Shown here: piece after piece, positions 12,697 to 26,998 of the stretch
How the letters are laid out: each line of letters starts with the position of its first letter
Numbering within the stretch: the stretch's first letter is position 1
Assembly: GCA_964016885.1 (NCBI GenBank)
Contig: OZ024758.1
Location: 31,806,001 to 31,870,000, forward strand
Direction of reading: 5' to 3'
DNA: 64,000 nt
From: Eledone cirrhosa
Lineage: Eukaryota
Program-made: the position numbers and the translations under genes
The notes under the pieces: generated by a model
Database searches by the model: none
What the model was told of the DNA's origin: nothing
Seen by the model: the letters and a program-made list of their open reading frames with translations, nothing else

Positions 12697-14418
12697 AATT
12701 TCATTTAATATTTATAACATTATATACGTAAGATAGTATTAAATGAATACGTGTACATTTCATTGAATAACATGTAATCATCTTTACAGTTGAGGGTCAC
12801 ATCACCCCTCTGATTATGTCTCATATATAATATTGTTAATAATCTATAATTTTAATGACATTTTACACCAATACCTTTTCCATGATATACATTACGATTG
12901 GGTTGATAAAGGTTTTCCTTTTTCTTCAGTTAATTCACGCATTTTTAATACTTTCATTATTCTACATATTTATGAACGTTAACCCTCATTTCCTCCAACT
13001 AAGTCTAGGAATTAAATACGTAACATAATCTTAATTCAATATATTGTGTCGTCATAACCATTTATTATATGCTAATTATCAATCCTGTAAATGTTGTACA
13101 TGTGAGTGTGTATGTATATAACGTGCTGAATTGTCACTTCATCATATACCTAATAAGAAGAAGCAATGTAAAAACAGTAATGGTCTGGTTTCTATGTTGG
13201 TATTAACAACCATATCTCCGTTTAATATCTATCTGATATATTTAGAATACAATACATCGTATAATGTAGTCTCAGATATATTATGACAGAAGTGAAGATA
13301 AGATGTTTTTATAGTTTGAATTCCTTTCAAACTGGATCAGCTCTCTCACGACAGAGAGGGAGATAACAACAACGACTACAGACAGATAAGATTTACTTTC
13401 TTCTAATATCGTTTCAATATTCTATAAAGGTATTCTCTCCATTTATTATTGTAAGTGTATTTCAAATTGCTTAAACTCCTAAAACTTACGAAGATCAGAA
13501 ACGGTAATTCTAATTAACCAGATTTTAGTGCTGCCTCCCTCACCAAATTTGTTTCGTCCTCATTTTCTCAATAATACATTTTTTTTACCTGAAATCTTTC
13601 AGAGTCACAATTTCGAACATATAGATTACGATTTGTTAGATAGAATTCCTTTAAAAACTATTTATTTATTGTATTTATTAATTTGTTTTGTTTTTTAAAT
13701 ATAAAAATATTGTGTTTGTATATAAAATCTGTCACATCACCATTACCTGATAGTGTTTCGACATTTTATCAAAGTATTTGCTCCTTTCACTTGAATTATA
13801 TATCATATTGCTACCAGATCTTAAATTTACAACAGACAGAGAAAGATGATATATATAATTACAGTTATGCACAAATGTTATCTGTACATTGGAAATGATG
13901 CATCTGTAAATTCCATGACAAAATATATTCATTATAGAGAAAATAAAGAGGAAGTTAAATTTGGAGGGATGGCATTAAAGTGTAGTTTTGCAGAAAATCC
14001 AATTCTAATCTGTATAATTTGTAGGAGTTTAAGGAATATGATGTATTTATAGTTTAAATGAAGGGGGCAAAGAATAACTTGGTTAAACAACTTCAGAGCA
14101 GGAAACATTGATAATTTGTAGTAATTGTTGTTATCTCCCTTTCTTCCTTGGTAGAACAGACCCATGTTGAAAGTCATAACAACATCCAATTTCCAATTCT
14201 GTCATATTGTACCCGAGACTACATTATACAATGTCTTCTTTTCTAAAGACAATAAATATGTAAATACAAATACCATATCGGTATTAATTATGTGACACAA
14301 TCATCAGTTTATTTATTGTGACGTAATAAAATTTTATCATATGCTAATTAGCTATCCTGGAAATTTTGTACAAAGGGCTTAGAGTATGTATATAAAGTGT
14401 TGTTTACCAGAAGCCATT

Positions 14419-14442
14419 GTACTAGCTACGGCAGTACATATT

Positions 14443-14475
<33 letters not shown>

Positions 14476-14525
14476 GGCCCCTGCGCAAGGATGACACGCA
14501 AATTCGTGAAGCGTTCCATATTTTT
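14419..14525 (+). ncRNA. U6: U6 snRNA (copy 8)
   Basis: Full-length U6. Confidence 0.98.
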
Positions 14526-16176
14526 TTAATTTCATTTAATATTTATAACATTATATTCGTAAGATACACATCACCCCATCTGATTATGTCTCATATATAA
14601 TATTGTTAATAATCTATAATTTTAATGACATTTTACACCAATACCTTTTCCATGATATACATTACGATTGGGTTGATAAAGGTTTTCTTTTTTCTTCAGT
14701 TAATTCACGTATTTTTAATACTTTCATTATTCTATATTTTTGTGAACGGTAACTCTCATTTCCTCCAACTACATCTAGGAATTAAATACGTAACATAATC
14801 TTAATTCAATATATTGTGTCGTCATAACCATTTATTATATTCTAATTATCAATCCTGTAAATGTTGTACATGTGAGTGTGTATGTATATAACGTGCTGAA
14901 TTGTCACTTCATCATATACCTAATAAGAAGAAGCAATGTAAAAACAGTAATGGTCTGGTTTCTATGTTGGTATTAACAACCATATCTCCGTTTAATATCT
15001 ATCTGATATATTTAGAATACAATACATCGTATAATGTAGTCTCAGATATATTATGACAGAAGTGAAGATAAGATGTTTTTATAGTTTGAATTCCTTTCAA
15101 ACTGGATCAGCTCTCTCACGACAGAGAGGGAGATAACAACAACGACTACAGACAGATAAGATTTACTTTCTTCTAATATCGTTTCAATATTCTATAAAGG
15201 TATTCTCTCCATTTATTGTAAGGGTATTTCATATTGCTTAAACTCCGAAAACTTACGAAGATCAGAAACGGTATTTATGATTCACCAGATTTTAGTTAGT
15301 GCTACCTCCCTCACCAAATTTGTTTCGTCCTCATTTTCTCAATAATACATGTTTTTTACCTGAAATCTTTCAGAGACACAATTTCGAACATATAGATTAC
15401 GATTTGTTAGATAGAATTCCTTTAAAAACTATTTATTTATTGTATTTATTAATTTGTTTTGTTTTTTAAATATAAAAATATTGTGTTTGTATATAAATCT
15501 GTGACATCACCATTACCTGATAGTGTTTCGACATTTTCTCAAAGTGTTTGCTCCTTTCACTTGAATTATATATCATATTGCTACCAGATCTTAAATTTAC
15601 AACAGACAGAGAATGATGATATATATAATTACAGTTATGCACAAATGTTATCTGTACTTTGGAAATGGTGCATCTGTAAATTCCATGACAAAATATATTC
15701 ATTATAGAGAAAATAAAGAGGAAGTTAAATTTGGAGGGATGGCATTAAAGTGTAGTTTTGCAGAAAATCCAATTCTAGTCTGTATAAGTTGTAGTAGTTT
15801 AAGGAATATGATGTATTTACTGTTTAAATGAAGGGGGCAAAGAATAACTTGGTTAAACAACTTCAGAGCAGGGAAACATTGATAATTTGTAGTAATTGTT
15901 GTTATCTCCCTTTCTTCCTTGATAGCACAGACCCATGTTGAAAGTCATAACAACATCCAATTTCCAATTCTGTCATATTGTACCCGAGACTACATTATAC
16001 AATGTCTTCTTTTCTAAAGACAATAAATATGTAAATACAAATGCCATATCGCTATTAATTACGTGACACAATCATCAGTTTATATATTGTGACGTAATAA
16101 ACTTTTATCATATGCTAATTAGCTATCCTAGAAATTTTGTACAAAGGGGTTAGAGTATTTATATAAAATGTTGTTT

Positions 16177-16353
16177 CTACTTTAGACACAAGGCCAGCAA
16201 TTATCCAGTACATTACTGGTACTTTATTTTATCGACCTCGTAAGGATGAAAGGCAAAGTCAACCTCGGCGGGATTTGAACTCAGATCGTAAAGGGACGTA
16301 ACTATGCTGGAAAGCATGGCGTCCGACCCTCTACCGATACTGCCAATCCACCG
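16177..16353 (-). mobile_element. SINE family 1 in the U6 promoter (same site as 10548)
   Basis: Same sequence and TSD as the 10548 copy. Confidence 0.92.
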
Positions 16354-16381
16354 TATAAAATGTTGTTTACCAGAAGCTATT

Positions 16382-16405
16382 GTACTCGCTACGGCAGTAC
16401 ATATT

Positions 16406-16438
<33 letters not shown>

Positions 16439-16488
16439 GGCCCCTGCGCAAGGATGACACGCAAATTCGTGAAGCGTTCCATATTTTT
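16382..16488 (+). ncRNA. U6: U6 snRNA (copy 9, C6, SINE-interrupted promoter)
   Basis: Full-length U6. Confidence 0.96.
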
Positions 16489-18216
16489 TTAATTTCATGT
16501 AATATTTATAACATTATATTCGTAAGATACTATTAAATTAATACGTTTACAATTCATTGAATAACATGTAATCATTTTTACAGTTGAGGGTCACATCACC
16601 CCATCTGATTATGTCTCATATATAATATTGTTAATAATCTATAATTTTAATGACATTTTACACCAATACCTTTTCCATGATATACATTACAATTAGGTTG
16701 ATAAAGGTTTTATTTTTTCTTCAGTTAATTCACGTATTTTTAATACTTTCATTATTCTATATATTTATGAACGTTAAATCTCATTTCCTCCAACTACGTC
16801 TAGGAATTAAATACCTAACATAATCTTAATTCAATATATTGTGTCGTCATAACCATTTATCATATGTTAATTATCAATCCTGTAAATGTTGTACATGTGA
16901 GTGTATATGTATATAACGTGCTGAATTGTCACTTCATCATATGCCTAATAAGAAGAAGCAATGTAAAAACAGTAATGGTTTGCTTTCTGTATTGGTATTA
17001 ACAACCATATCTCCGTTTAATGTCTATCTGATATCTTTAGAATACAATACATCGTATAATGTAGTCTCAGATATATTATGACAGAAGTGAAGATAAGATG
17101 TTTTTATAGTTTGAATTCCTTTCAAACTGGATCAGCTCTGTCACGACAGAGAGGGAGATAACAACAACGACTACAGACAGATAAGATTTACTTTCTTCTA
17201 ATATCGTTTCAATATTCTATAAAGGTATTCTCTCCATTTATTGTACGTGTATTTCATATTGCTTAAACTCCGAAAACTTACGAAGATCAGAAACGGTAAT
17301 TCTAATTAATCAGATTTTAGTTAGTGCTACCTCCCTCACCAAATTTGTTTCGTCCTCATTTTCTCAATAATACATGTTTTTTACCTGAAATCTTTCAGAG
17401 ACACAGTTTCGAACATATAGATTACGATTTGTTCGATAGATTTCCTTTAAAAACTATTTATTTATCGTATTTATTAATTTGTTTTCTGTTTTTTAAATAT
17501 AAAAATATTGTGTTTGTATATAAAATCTGTGACATCACCATTACCTGATAGTGTTTAGACATTTTCTCAAAGTATTTGCTCCATTCACTTGAATTATATA
17601 TCATATTGCTACCAGATCTTAAATTTACAACAGACAGAGAAAGATGATATATATAATTACAGTAATGCACAAATGTTATTTTTATTTTAGAAATGGTGCA
17701 TCTGTAAATTCTATGACAAAATATATTCATTATAGAGAAAATAAAGAGGAAGTTAAATTTGGAGGGATGACATTAAAGTGTAGTTTTGCAGAAAATCCAA
17801 TTCTAATCTGTATAAGTTGTAGGAGTTTAAGGAATATGATGTATTTATAGTTTAAATGAAGGGGGCAAAGAATAACTTGGTTAAACAACTTCAGAGCAGG
17901 AAACATTGATAATTTGTAGTAATTGTTGTTATCTCCTTTTCTTCCTTGGTAGAACAGACCCATGTTGAAAGTCATAACAACATCCAATTTCCAATTCTGT
18001 CATATTGTACCCGAGACTACATTATACAATGTCTTCTTTTCTAAAGACAATAAATATGTAAATACAAATGCCATATCACTATTAATTACGTGACACAATC
18101 ATCAGTTTATTTATTGTGACGTAATAAACATTTATCATATGCTAATTAGCTATCCTAGAAATTTTGTACAAAGGGGTTAGAATATGTATATAAAGTGTTG
18201 TTTACCAGAAGCCATT

Positions 18217-18240
18217 GTACTAGCTACGGCAGTACATATT

Positions 18241-18273
<33 letters not shown>

Positions 18274-18325
18274 GGCCCCTGCGCAAGGATGACACGCAAA
18301 TTCGTGAAGCGTTCCATATATTTTT
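18217..18325 (+). ncRNA. U6: U6 snRNA (copy 10, 3' variant CCATATATTTTT)
   Basis: Full-length U6, T5. Confidence 0.97.
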
Positions 18326-20046
18326 AATTTCATTTAATATTTATAACATTATATACGTAAGATAGTATTAAATGAATACGTTTACATTTCATTGAATAAC
18401 ATGTAATCATCTTTACAGTTGAGGGTCACATCACCCCTCTGATTATGTCTCATATATAATATTGTTAATAATCTATAATTTTAATGACATTTTACACCAA
18501 TACCTTTTCCATGATATACATTACGATTGGGTTGATAAAGGTTTTCCTTTTTCTTCAGTTAATTCACGCATTTTTAATACTTTCATTATTCTACATATTT
18601 ATGAACGTTAACCCTCATTTCCTCCAACTAAGTCTAGGAATTAAATACGTAACATAATCTTAATTCAATATATTGTGTCGTCATAACCATTTATTATATG
18701 CTAATTATCAATCCTGTAAATGTTGTACATGTGAGTGTGTATGTATATAACGTGCTGAATTGTCACTTCATCATATACCTAATAAGAAGAAGCAATGTAA
18801 AAACAGTAATGGTCTGGTTTCTATGTTGGTATTAACAACCATATCTCCGTTTAATATCTATCTGATATATTTAGAATACAATACATCGTATAATGTAGTC
18901 TCAGATATATTATGACAGAAGTGAAGATAAGATGTTTTTATAGTTTGAATTCCTTTCAAACTGGATCAGCTCTGTCACGACAGAGAGGGAGATAACAACA
19001 ACGACTACAGACAGATAAGATTTACTTTCTTCTAATATCGTTTCAATATTCTATAAAGGAATTCTCTCCATTTATTGTACGTGTATTTCATATTGCTTAA
19101 ACTCCGAAAACTTACGAAGATCAGAAACGGTAATTCTAATTAATCAGATTTTAGTGCTACCTCCCTCACCAAATTTGTTTCGTCCTCATTTTCTCAATAA
19201 TACATGTTTTTTACCTGAAATCTTTAAGAGACACAGTTTCGAACATATAGATTACGATTTGTTAGATAGAATTCCTTTAAAAACTATTTATTTATTGTAT
19301 TTATTAATTTGTTTTCTGTTTTTTAAATATAAAAATATTGTGTTTGTATATAAAATCTGTGACATCTCCATTACCTGATAGTGTTTCGACATTTTACCAA
19401 AGTATTTGCTCCATTCACTTGAATTATATATCATATTGCTACCAGATCTTAAATTTACAACAGACAGAGAAAGATGATATATATAATTACAGTTATGCAC
19501 AAATGTTATCTGTACTTTGGAAATGGTGCATCTGTAAATTCCATGACAAAATATATTCATTATAGAGAAAATAAAGAGGAAGTTAAATTTGGAGGGATGG
19601 CATTAAAGTGTAGTTTTGCAGAAAATCCAATTCTAGTCTGTATAAGTTGTAGGTGTTTAAGAATATGATGTATTTACTGTTCAAATGAAGGGGGCAAAGA
19701 ATAATTTGGTTAAACAAATTCAGAGCAGGGAAACATTGATAATTTGTAGTAATTGTTGTTATCTCCCTTTCTTCCTTGGTAGAACAGACCCATGTTGAAA
19801 GTCATAACAACATCCAATTTCCAATTCTGTCACATTGTACCCGAGACTACATTATACAATGTCTTCTTTTCTAAAGACATTAAATATGTAAATACAAATA
19901 CCATATCGGTATTAATTACGTGACACAATTATCAGTTTATTTATTGTGACGTAATAAACTTTTATTATATGCTAATTAGCTATCCTGGAAATTTTGTACA
20001 AAGGGCTTAGAGTATGTATATAAAGTATTGTTTACCAGAAGCCATT

Positions 20047-20070
20047 GTACTAGCTACGGCAGTACATATT

Positions 20071-20103
<33 letters not shown>

Positions 20104-20153
20104 GGCCCCTGCGCAAGGATGACACGCAAATTCGTGAAGCGTTCCATATTTTT
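20047..20153 (+). ncRNA. U6: U6 snRNA (copy 11)
   Basis: Full-length U6. Confidence 0.98.
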
Positions 20154-21815
20154 TTAATTTCATTTAATATTTATAACAGTATATTCGTAAGATACACATC
20201 ACCCCATCTGATTATGTCTCATATATAATATTGTTAATAATCTATAATTTTAATGACATTTTACACCAATACCTTTTCCATGATATACATTACGATTGGG
20301 TTGATAAAGGTTTTCTTTTTTCTACAGTTAATTCCCGTATTTTTAATACTTTCATTATTCTATATATTTATGAACGTTAACTCTCATTTCCTCCAACTAC
20401 GTCTAGGAATTAAATACGTAACATAATCTTAATTCAATATATTGTGTCGTCATAACCATTTATTATATGCTAATTATCAATCCTGTAAATGTTGTACATG
20501 TGAGTGTGTATGTATATAACGTGCTGAATTGTCACTTCATCATATACCTAATAAGAAGAAGCAATGTAAAAACAGTAATGGTCTGGTTTCTGTATTGGTA
20601 TTAACAACCATATCTCCGTTTAATGTCTATCTGATATGTTTAGAATACAATACATCGTATAATGTAGTCTCAGATATATTATGACAGAAGTGAAGATAAG
20701 ATGTTTTTATAGTTTGAATTCCTTTCAAACTGGATCAGCTCTGTCACGACAGAGAGGGAGATAACAACAACGACTACAGACAGATAAGATTTACTTTCTT
20801 CTAATATCGTTTCAATATTCTATAAAGGAATTCTCTCCATTTATTGTACGTGTATTTCATATTGCTTAAACTCCGAAAACTTACGAAGATCAGAAACGGT
20901 AATTCTAATTAATCAGATTTTAGTGCTACCTCCCTCACCAAATTTGTTTCGTCCTCATTTTCTCAATAATACATGTTTTTTACCTGAAATCTTTAAGAGA
21001 CACAGTTTCGAACATATAGATTACGATTTGTTAGATAGAATTCCTTTAAAAACTATTTATTTATTGTATTTATTAATTTGTTTTCTGTTTTTTAAATATA
21101 AAAATATTGTGTTTGTATATAAAATCTGTGACATCTCCATTACCTGATAGTGTTTCGACATTTTACCAAAGTATTTGCTCCATTCACTTGAATTATATAT
21201 CATATTGCTACCAGATCTTAAATTTACAACAGACAGAGAAAGATGATATATATAATTACAGTTATGCACAAATGTTATCTGTACTTTGGAAATGGTGCAT
21301 CTGTAAATTCCATGACAAAATATATTCATTATAGAGAAAATAAAGAGGAAGTTAAATTTGGAGGGATGGCATTAAAGTGTAGTTTTGCAGAAAATCCAAT
21401 TCTAGTCTGTATAAGTTGTAGGTGTTTAAGAATATGATGTATTTACTGTTCAAATGAAGGGGGCAAAGAATAATTTGGTTAAACAAATTCAGAGCAGGGA
21501 AACATTGATAATTTGTAGTAATTGTTGTTATCTCCCTTTCTTCCTTGGTAGAACAGACCCATGTTGAAAGTCATAACAACATCCAATTTCCAATTCTGTC
21601 ACATTGTACCCGAGACTACATTATACAATGTCTTCTTTTCTAAAGACATTAAATATGTAAATACAAATACCATATCGGTATTAATTACGTGACACAATTA
21701 TCAGTTTATTTATTGTGACGTAATAAACTTTTATTATATGCTAATTAGCTATCCTGGAAATTTTGTACAAAGGGCTTAGAGTATGTATATAAAGTATTGT
21801 TTACCAGAAGCCATT

Positions 21816-21839
21816 GTACTAGCTACGGCAGTACATATT

Positions 21840-21872
<33 letters not shown>

Positions 21873-21922
21873 GGCCCCTGCGCAAGGATGACACGCAAAT
21901 TCGTGAAGCGTTCCATATTTTT
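21816..21922 (+). ncRNA. U6: U6 snRNA (copy 12)
   Basis: Full-length U6. Confidence 0.98.
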
Positions 21923-22584
21923 TTAATTTCATTTAATATTTATAACAGTATATTCGTAAGATACACATCACCCCATCTGATTATGTCTCATATATAATAT
22001 TGTTAATAATCTATAATTTTAATGACATTTTACACCAATACCTTTTCCATGATATACATTACGATTGGGTTGATAAAGGTTTTCTTTTTTCTTCAGTTAA
22101 TTCACGTATTTTTAATACTTTCATTATTCTATATATTTGTGAACGTTAACTCTCATTTCCTCCAACTACGTCTAGGAATTAAATACGTAACATAATCTTA
22201 ATTCAATATATTGTGTCGTCATAACCATTTATTATATGCTAATTATCAATCCTGTAAATGTTGTACATGTGAGTGTGTATGTATATAACGTGCTGAATTG
22301 TCACTTCATCATATACCTAATAAGAAGAAGCAATGTAAAAACAGTAATGGTCTGGTTTCTATGTTGGTATTAACAACCTTATCTCCGTTTAATGTCTATC
22401 TGATATCTTTAGAATACAATACATCGTATAATGTAGTCTCAGATATATTATGACAGAAGTGAAGATAAGATGTTTTTATTGTTTGAACTCTTTTCAAACT
22501 GGATCAGCTCTCTCACGACAGAGAGGGAGATAACAACAACGACTACAGACAGATAAGATTTACTTTCTTCTAATATCGTTTCAA

Positions 22585-23670
22585 TCTATATATATAAAAC
22601 TGTGGTTGTCTGTCTGTCTATCGATTTTTGGCACACATCTCCTCTTAGAATCTCTCACGGAATTGCACCGAAATTGCTATACTTGTACATTGAGCCCTAG
22701 CGAAGACATCGGAAAAAAAAAATTTCAAATTGACCCACCCTATGTCACGAAATCGAATATAATGTATCGATTTTTGAGCGTAAGTTATCAGTTATTTCCC
22801 TTTGTTCTGTTTACATTGAGCGTCTTACGTAAAAAATTACGCTGGCTTTCTCAGCGTTCGAGCCAGCAAAATATTGACCTGCAAAGTTCATCAGTTCGAA
22901 CACTAAGCTTCCGTTTTGCTTCATTTCCATTTAAAAGCATTTTAAAACAATATTTTTACTTGAAAACAAGTCTATTTAAAGACTACGTAAAACAAGCAAA
23001 TATTTCAGGCGTGCAGACAGATAGTCGTGCAGAGAGGTGATATAGGCGTGCAGACAGACATAACTGATAATTTGGTTACGCTAATGTTTTTCTCTGCGTT
23101 GCAGTGTTTACATTTTCGATCTTTGTTAATAAATAACCAGTGCAGTTTTTATCCCCAGCATCCTCTTTTATTATAACATTCGGGTTATCGTTATGTTTTC
23201 TTAACTTCATAAGGCATATTGTTGGTTGAGGGAATATTAATCAAAAACACCACATGCAAGTCTGCACAGTAGACACTACAGTTTTTAAGCCAAAAAAGAA
23301 ACTTAACATTGTAACTTTAACACAGCTACTGAGCGACCCCGAGCAACGCCGGGCTTTACTGCTAGTAACTGATAATTTGGTTACGCTAATGTTTTTCTCT
23401 GCGTTGCAGTGTTTACATTTTCGATCTTTGTTAATAAATAACCAGTGCAGTTTCTATCCCCAGCATCCTCTTTTGTTATAACATTTGGGTTATCGTTATG
23501 TTTTCTTAACTTCATAAGGCATATTGTTGGTTGAGGGAATATTAATCAAAAACACCACATGCAAGTCTGCACAGTAGACACTACAGTTTTTAAGCCAAGA
23601 AAGAAACTTAACATTGTAACTTTAACACAGCTACTGAGCGACACCGAGCAACGCCGGGCTTTACTGCTAG
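22585..23670 (+). mobile_element. Non-autonomous Helitron with a tandemly duplicated 305-bp 3' end
   Basis: Starts TC and ends CTAG. Inserted between A and T of ttcaa^tattc with no TSD (empty site in other units). Subterminal GC hairpin ccgagcaacgccggg. 23061-23365 is repeated at 23366-23670. Confidence 0.9.
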
Positions 23671-24662
23671 TATTCTATAAAGGAATTCTCTCCATTTATT
23701 GTAAGTGTATTTCAAATTGCTTAAACTCCGAAAACTTACGAAGATCAGAAACGGCATTTATGATTCACCAGATTTTAGTTAGTGCTACCTCCCTCACCAA
23801 ATTTGTTTCGTCCTCATTTTCTCAATAATACATGTTTTTTACCTGAAATCTTTCAGAGTGACAGTTTCGAACATATAGATTACGATTTGTTAGATAGATT
23901 TCCTTTCAAAACTATTTATTTATTGTATTTATTAATTTGTTTTTTGTTTTTTAAATATAAAAATATTGTGTTTGTATATAAAATCTGTCACATCATTATT
24001 ACCTGATAGTGTTTCGACATTTTCTCAAAGTGTTTGCTCCTTTCACTTGAATTATATATCATATTGCTACCAGATCTTAAATTTACAACAGACAGAGAAT
24101 GATGATATATATAATTACAGTTATGCACAAATGTTATCTGTACTTTGGAAATGGTGCATCTGTAAATTCCATGACAAAATATATTCATTATAGAGAAAAT
24201 AAAGAGGAAGTTAAATTTGGAGGGATGGCATTAAAGTGTAGTTTTGCAGAAAATCCAATTCTAGTCTGTATAAGTTGTAGGAGTTTAAGGAATATGATGT
24301 ATTTATAGTTTAAATGAAGAGGGCAAAGAATAACTTGGTTAAACAACTTCAGAGCAGGGAAACATTGATAATTTGTAGTAATTGTTGTTATCTCCCTTTC
24401 TTCCTTGATAGAACAGACCCATGTTGAATGTCATAACAACATCCAATTTCCAATTCTGTCATATTGTACCCGAGACTACATTATACAATGTATTCTTTTC
24501 TAAAGACAATAAATATGTAAATACAAATGCCATATCGCTATTAATTACGTGACACAATCATCAGTTTATATATTGTGACGTAATAAACTTTTATCATATG
24601 CTAATTAGCTATCCTAGACATTTTGTACAAAGGGGTTAGAGTATGTATATAAAATGTTGTTT

Positions 24663-24839
24663 CTACTTTAGGCACAAGGCCAGCAATTATCCAGTGCATT
24701 ACTGGTACTTTATTTTATCGACCCCGTAAGGATGAAAGGCAAAGTCAACCTCGGCGGGATTTGAACTCAGATCGTAAAGGGACGTAACTATGCTGGAAAG
24801 CATGGCGTCCGACCCTCTACCGATACTGCCAATCCACCG
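24663..24839 (-). mobile_element. SINE family 1 in the U6 promoter
   Basis: Same site and TSD; 3 substitutions relative to the 10548 copy. Confidence 0.92.
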
Positions 24840-24867
24840 TATAAAATGTTGTTTACCAGAAGCTATT

Positions 24868-24891
24868 GTACTCGCTACGGCAGTACATATT

Positions 24892-24924
<33 letters not shown>

Positions 24925-24974
24925 GGCCCCTGCGCAAGGATGACACGCAAATTCGTGAAGCGTTCCATATTTTT
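24868..24974 (+). ncRNA. U6: U6 snRNA (copy 13, C6, SINE-interrupted promoter)
   Basis: Full-length U6. Confidence 0.96.
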
Positions 24975-26686
24975 TTAATTTCATGTAATATTTATAACAT
25001 AATATTCGTAAGATAGTATTAAATGAATACGTTTACATTTCATTGAATAACATGTAATCATTTTTACAGTTGAGGGTCACATCACCCCATCTGATTATGT
25101 CTCATATATAATATTGTTAATAATCTATAATTTTAATGACATTTTACACCAATACCTTTTCCATGATATACATTACAATTAGGTTGATAAAGGTTTTATT
25201 TTTTCTTCAGTTAATTCACGTATTTTTAATACTTTCATTATTCTATATATTTATGAACGTTAAATCTCATTTCCTCCAACTACGTCTAGGAATTAAATAC
25301 GTAACATAATCTTAATTCAATATATTGTGTCGTCATAACCATTTATTATATGCTAATTATCAATCCTGTAAATGTTGTACATGTGAGTGTGTATGTATAT
25401 AACGTGCTGAATTGTCACTTCATCATATACCTAATAAGAAGAAGCAATGTAAAAACAGTAATGGTCTGGTTTCTGTATTGGTATTAACAACCATATCTCC
25501 GTTTAATGTCTATCTGATATCTTTAGAATACAATACATCGTATAATGTAGTCTCAGATATATTATGACAGAAGTGAAGATAAGATGTTTTTATAGTTTGA
25601 ATTCCTTTCAAACTGGATCAGCTCTGTCACGAAAGAGAGGGAGATAACAACAACGACTACAGACAGATAAGATTTACTTTCTTCTAATATCGTTTCAATA
25701 TTCTATAAAGGTATTCTCTCCATTTATTGTACGTGTATTTCATATTGCTTAAACTCCGAAAACTTACGAAGATCAGAAACGGTAATTCTAATTAATCAGA
25801 TTTTAGTGCTACCTCCCTCACCAAATTTGTTTCGTCCTCATTTTCTCAATAATACATGTTTTTTACCTGAAATCTTTCAGAGACACAGTTTCGAACATAT
25901 AGATTACGATTTGTTCGATAGATTTCCTTTAAAAACTATTTATTTATCGTATTTATTAATTTGTTTTCTGTTTTTTAAATATAAAAATATTGTGTTTGTA
26001 TATAAAATCTGTGACATCACCATTACCTGATAGTGTTTAGACATTTTCTCAAAGTATTTGCTCCATTTACTTGAATTATATATCATATTGCTACCAGATC
26101 TTAAATTTACAACAGACAGAGAAAGATGATATATATTATTACAGTTATGCACAAATGTTATCTGTACTTTAGAAATGGTGCATATGTAAATTCCATGACA
26201 AAATATATTCATTATAGAGAAAATAAAGAGGAAGTTAAATTTGGAGGGATGGCATTAAAGTGTAGTTTTGCAGAAAATCCAATTCTAGTCTGTATAAGTT
26301 GTAGGAGTTTAAGGAATATGATGTATTTATAGTTTAAATGAAGAGGGCAAAGAATAACTTGGTTAAACAACTTCAGAGCAGGGAAACATTGATAATTTGT
26401 AGTAATTGTTGTTATCTCCCTTTCTTCCTTGATAGAACAGACCCATGTTGAATGTCATAACAACATCCAATTTCCAATTCTGTCATATTGTACCCGAGAC
26501 TACATTATACAATGTATTCTTTTCTAAAGACAATAAATATGTAAATACAAATGCCATATCGCTATTAATTACGTGACACAATCATCAGTTTATATATTGT
26601 GACGTAATAAACTTTTATCATATGCTAATTAGCTATCCTAGACATTTTGTACAAAGGGGTTAGAGTATGTATATAAAATGTTGTTT

Positions 26687-26863
26687 CTACTTTAGGCACA
26701 AGGCCAGCAATTATCCAGTGCATTACTGGTACTTTATTTTATCGACCCCGTAAGGATGAAAGGCAAAGTCAACCTCGGCGGGATTTGAACTCAGATCGTA
26801 AAGGGACGTAACTATGCTGGAAAGCATGGCGTCCGACCCTCTACCGATACTGCCAATCCACCG
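26687..26863 (-). mobile_element. SINE family 1 in the U6 promoter
   Basis: Same as the 24663 copy. Confidence 0.92.
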
Positions 26864-26891
26864 TATAAAATGTTGTTTACCAGAAGCTATT

Positions 26892-26915
26892 GTACTCGCT
26901 ACGGCAGTACATATT

Positions 26916-26948
<33 letters not shown>

Positions 26949-26998
26949 GGCCCCTGCGCAAGGATGACACGCAAATTCGTGAAGCGTTCCATATTTTT
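26892..26998 (+). ncRNA. U6: U6 snRNA (copy 14, C6, SINE-interrupted promoter)
   Basis: Full-length U6. Confidence 0.96.

Noticed and set aside
22606-23828. ORFs inside the Helitron
   Set aside because: No Rep or helicase motifs; non-autonomous element.
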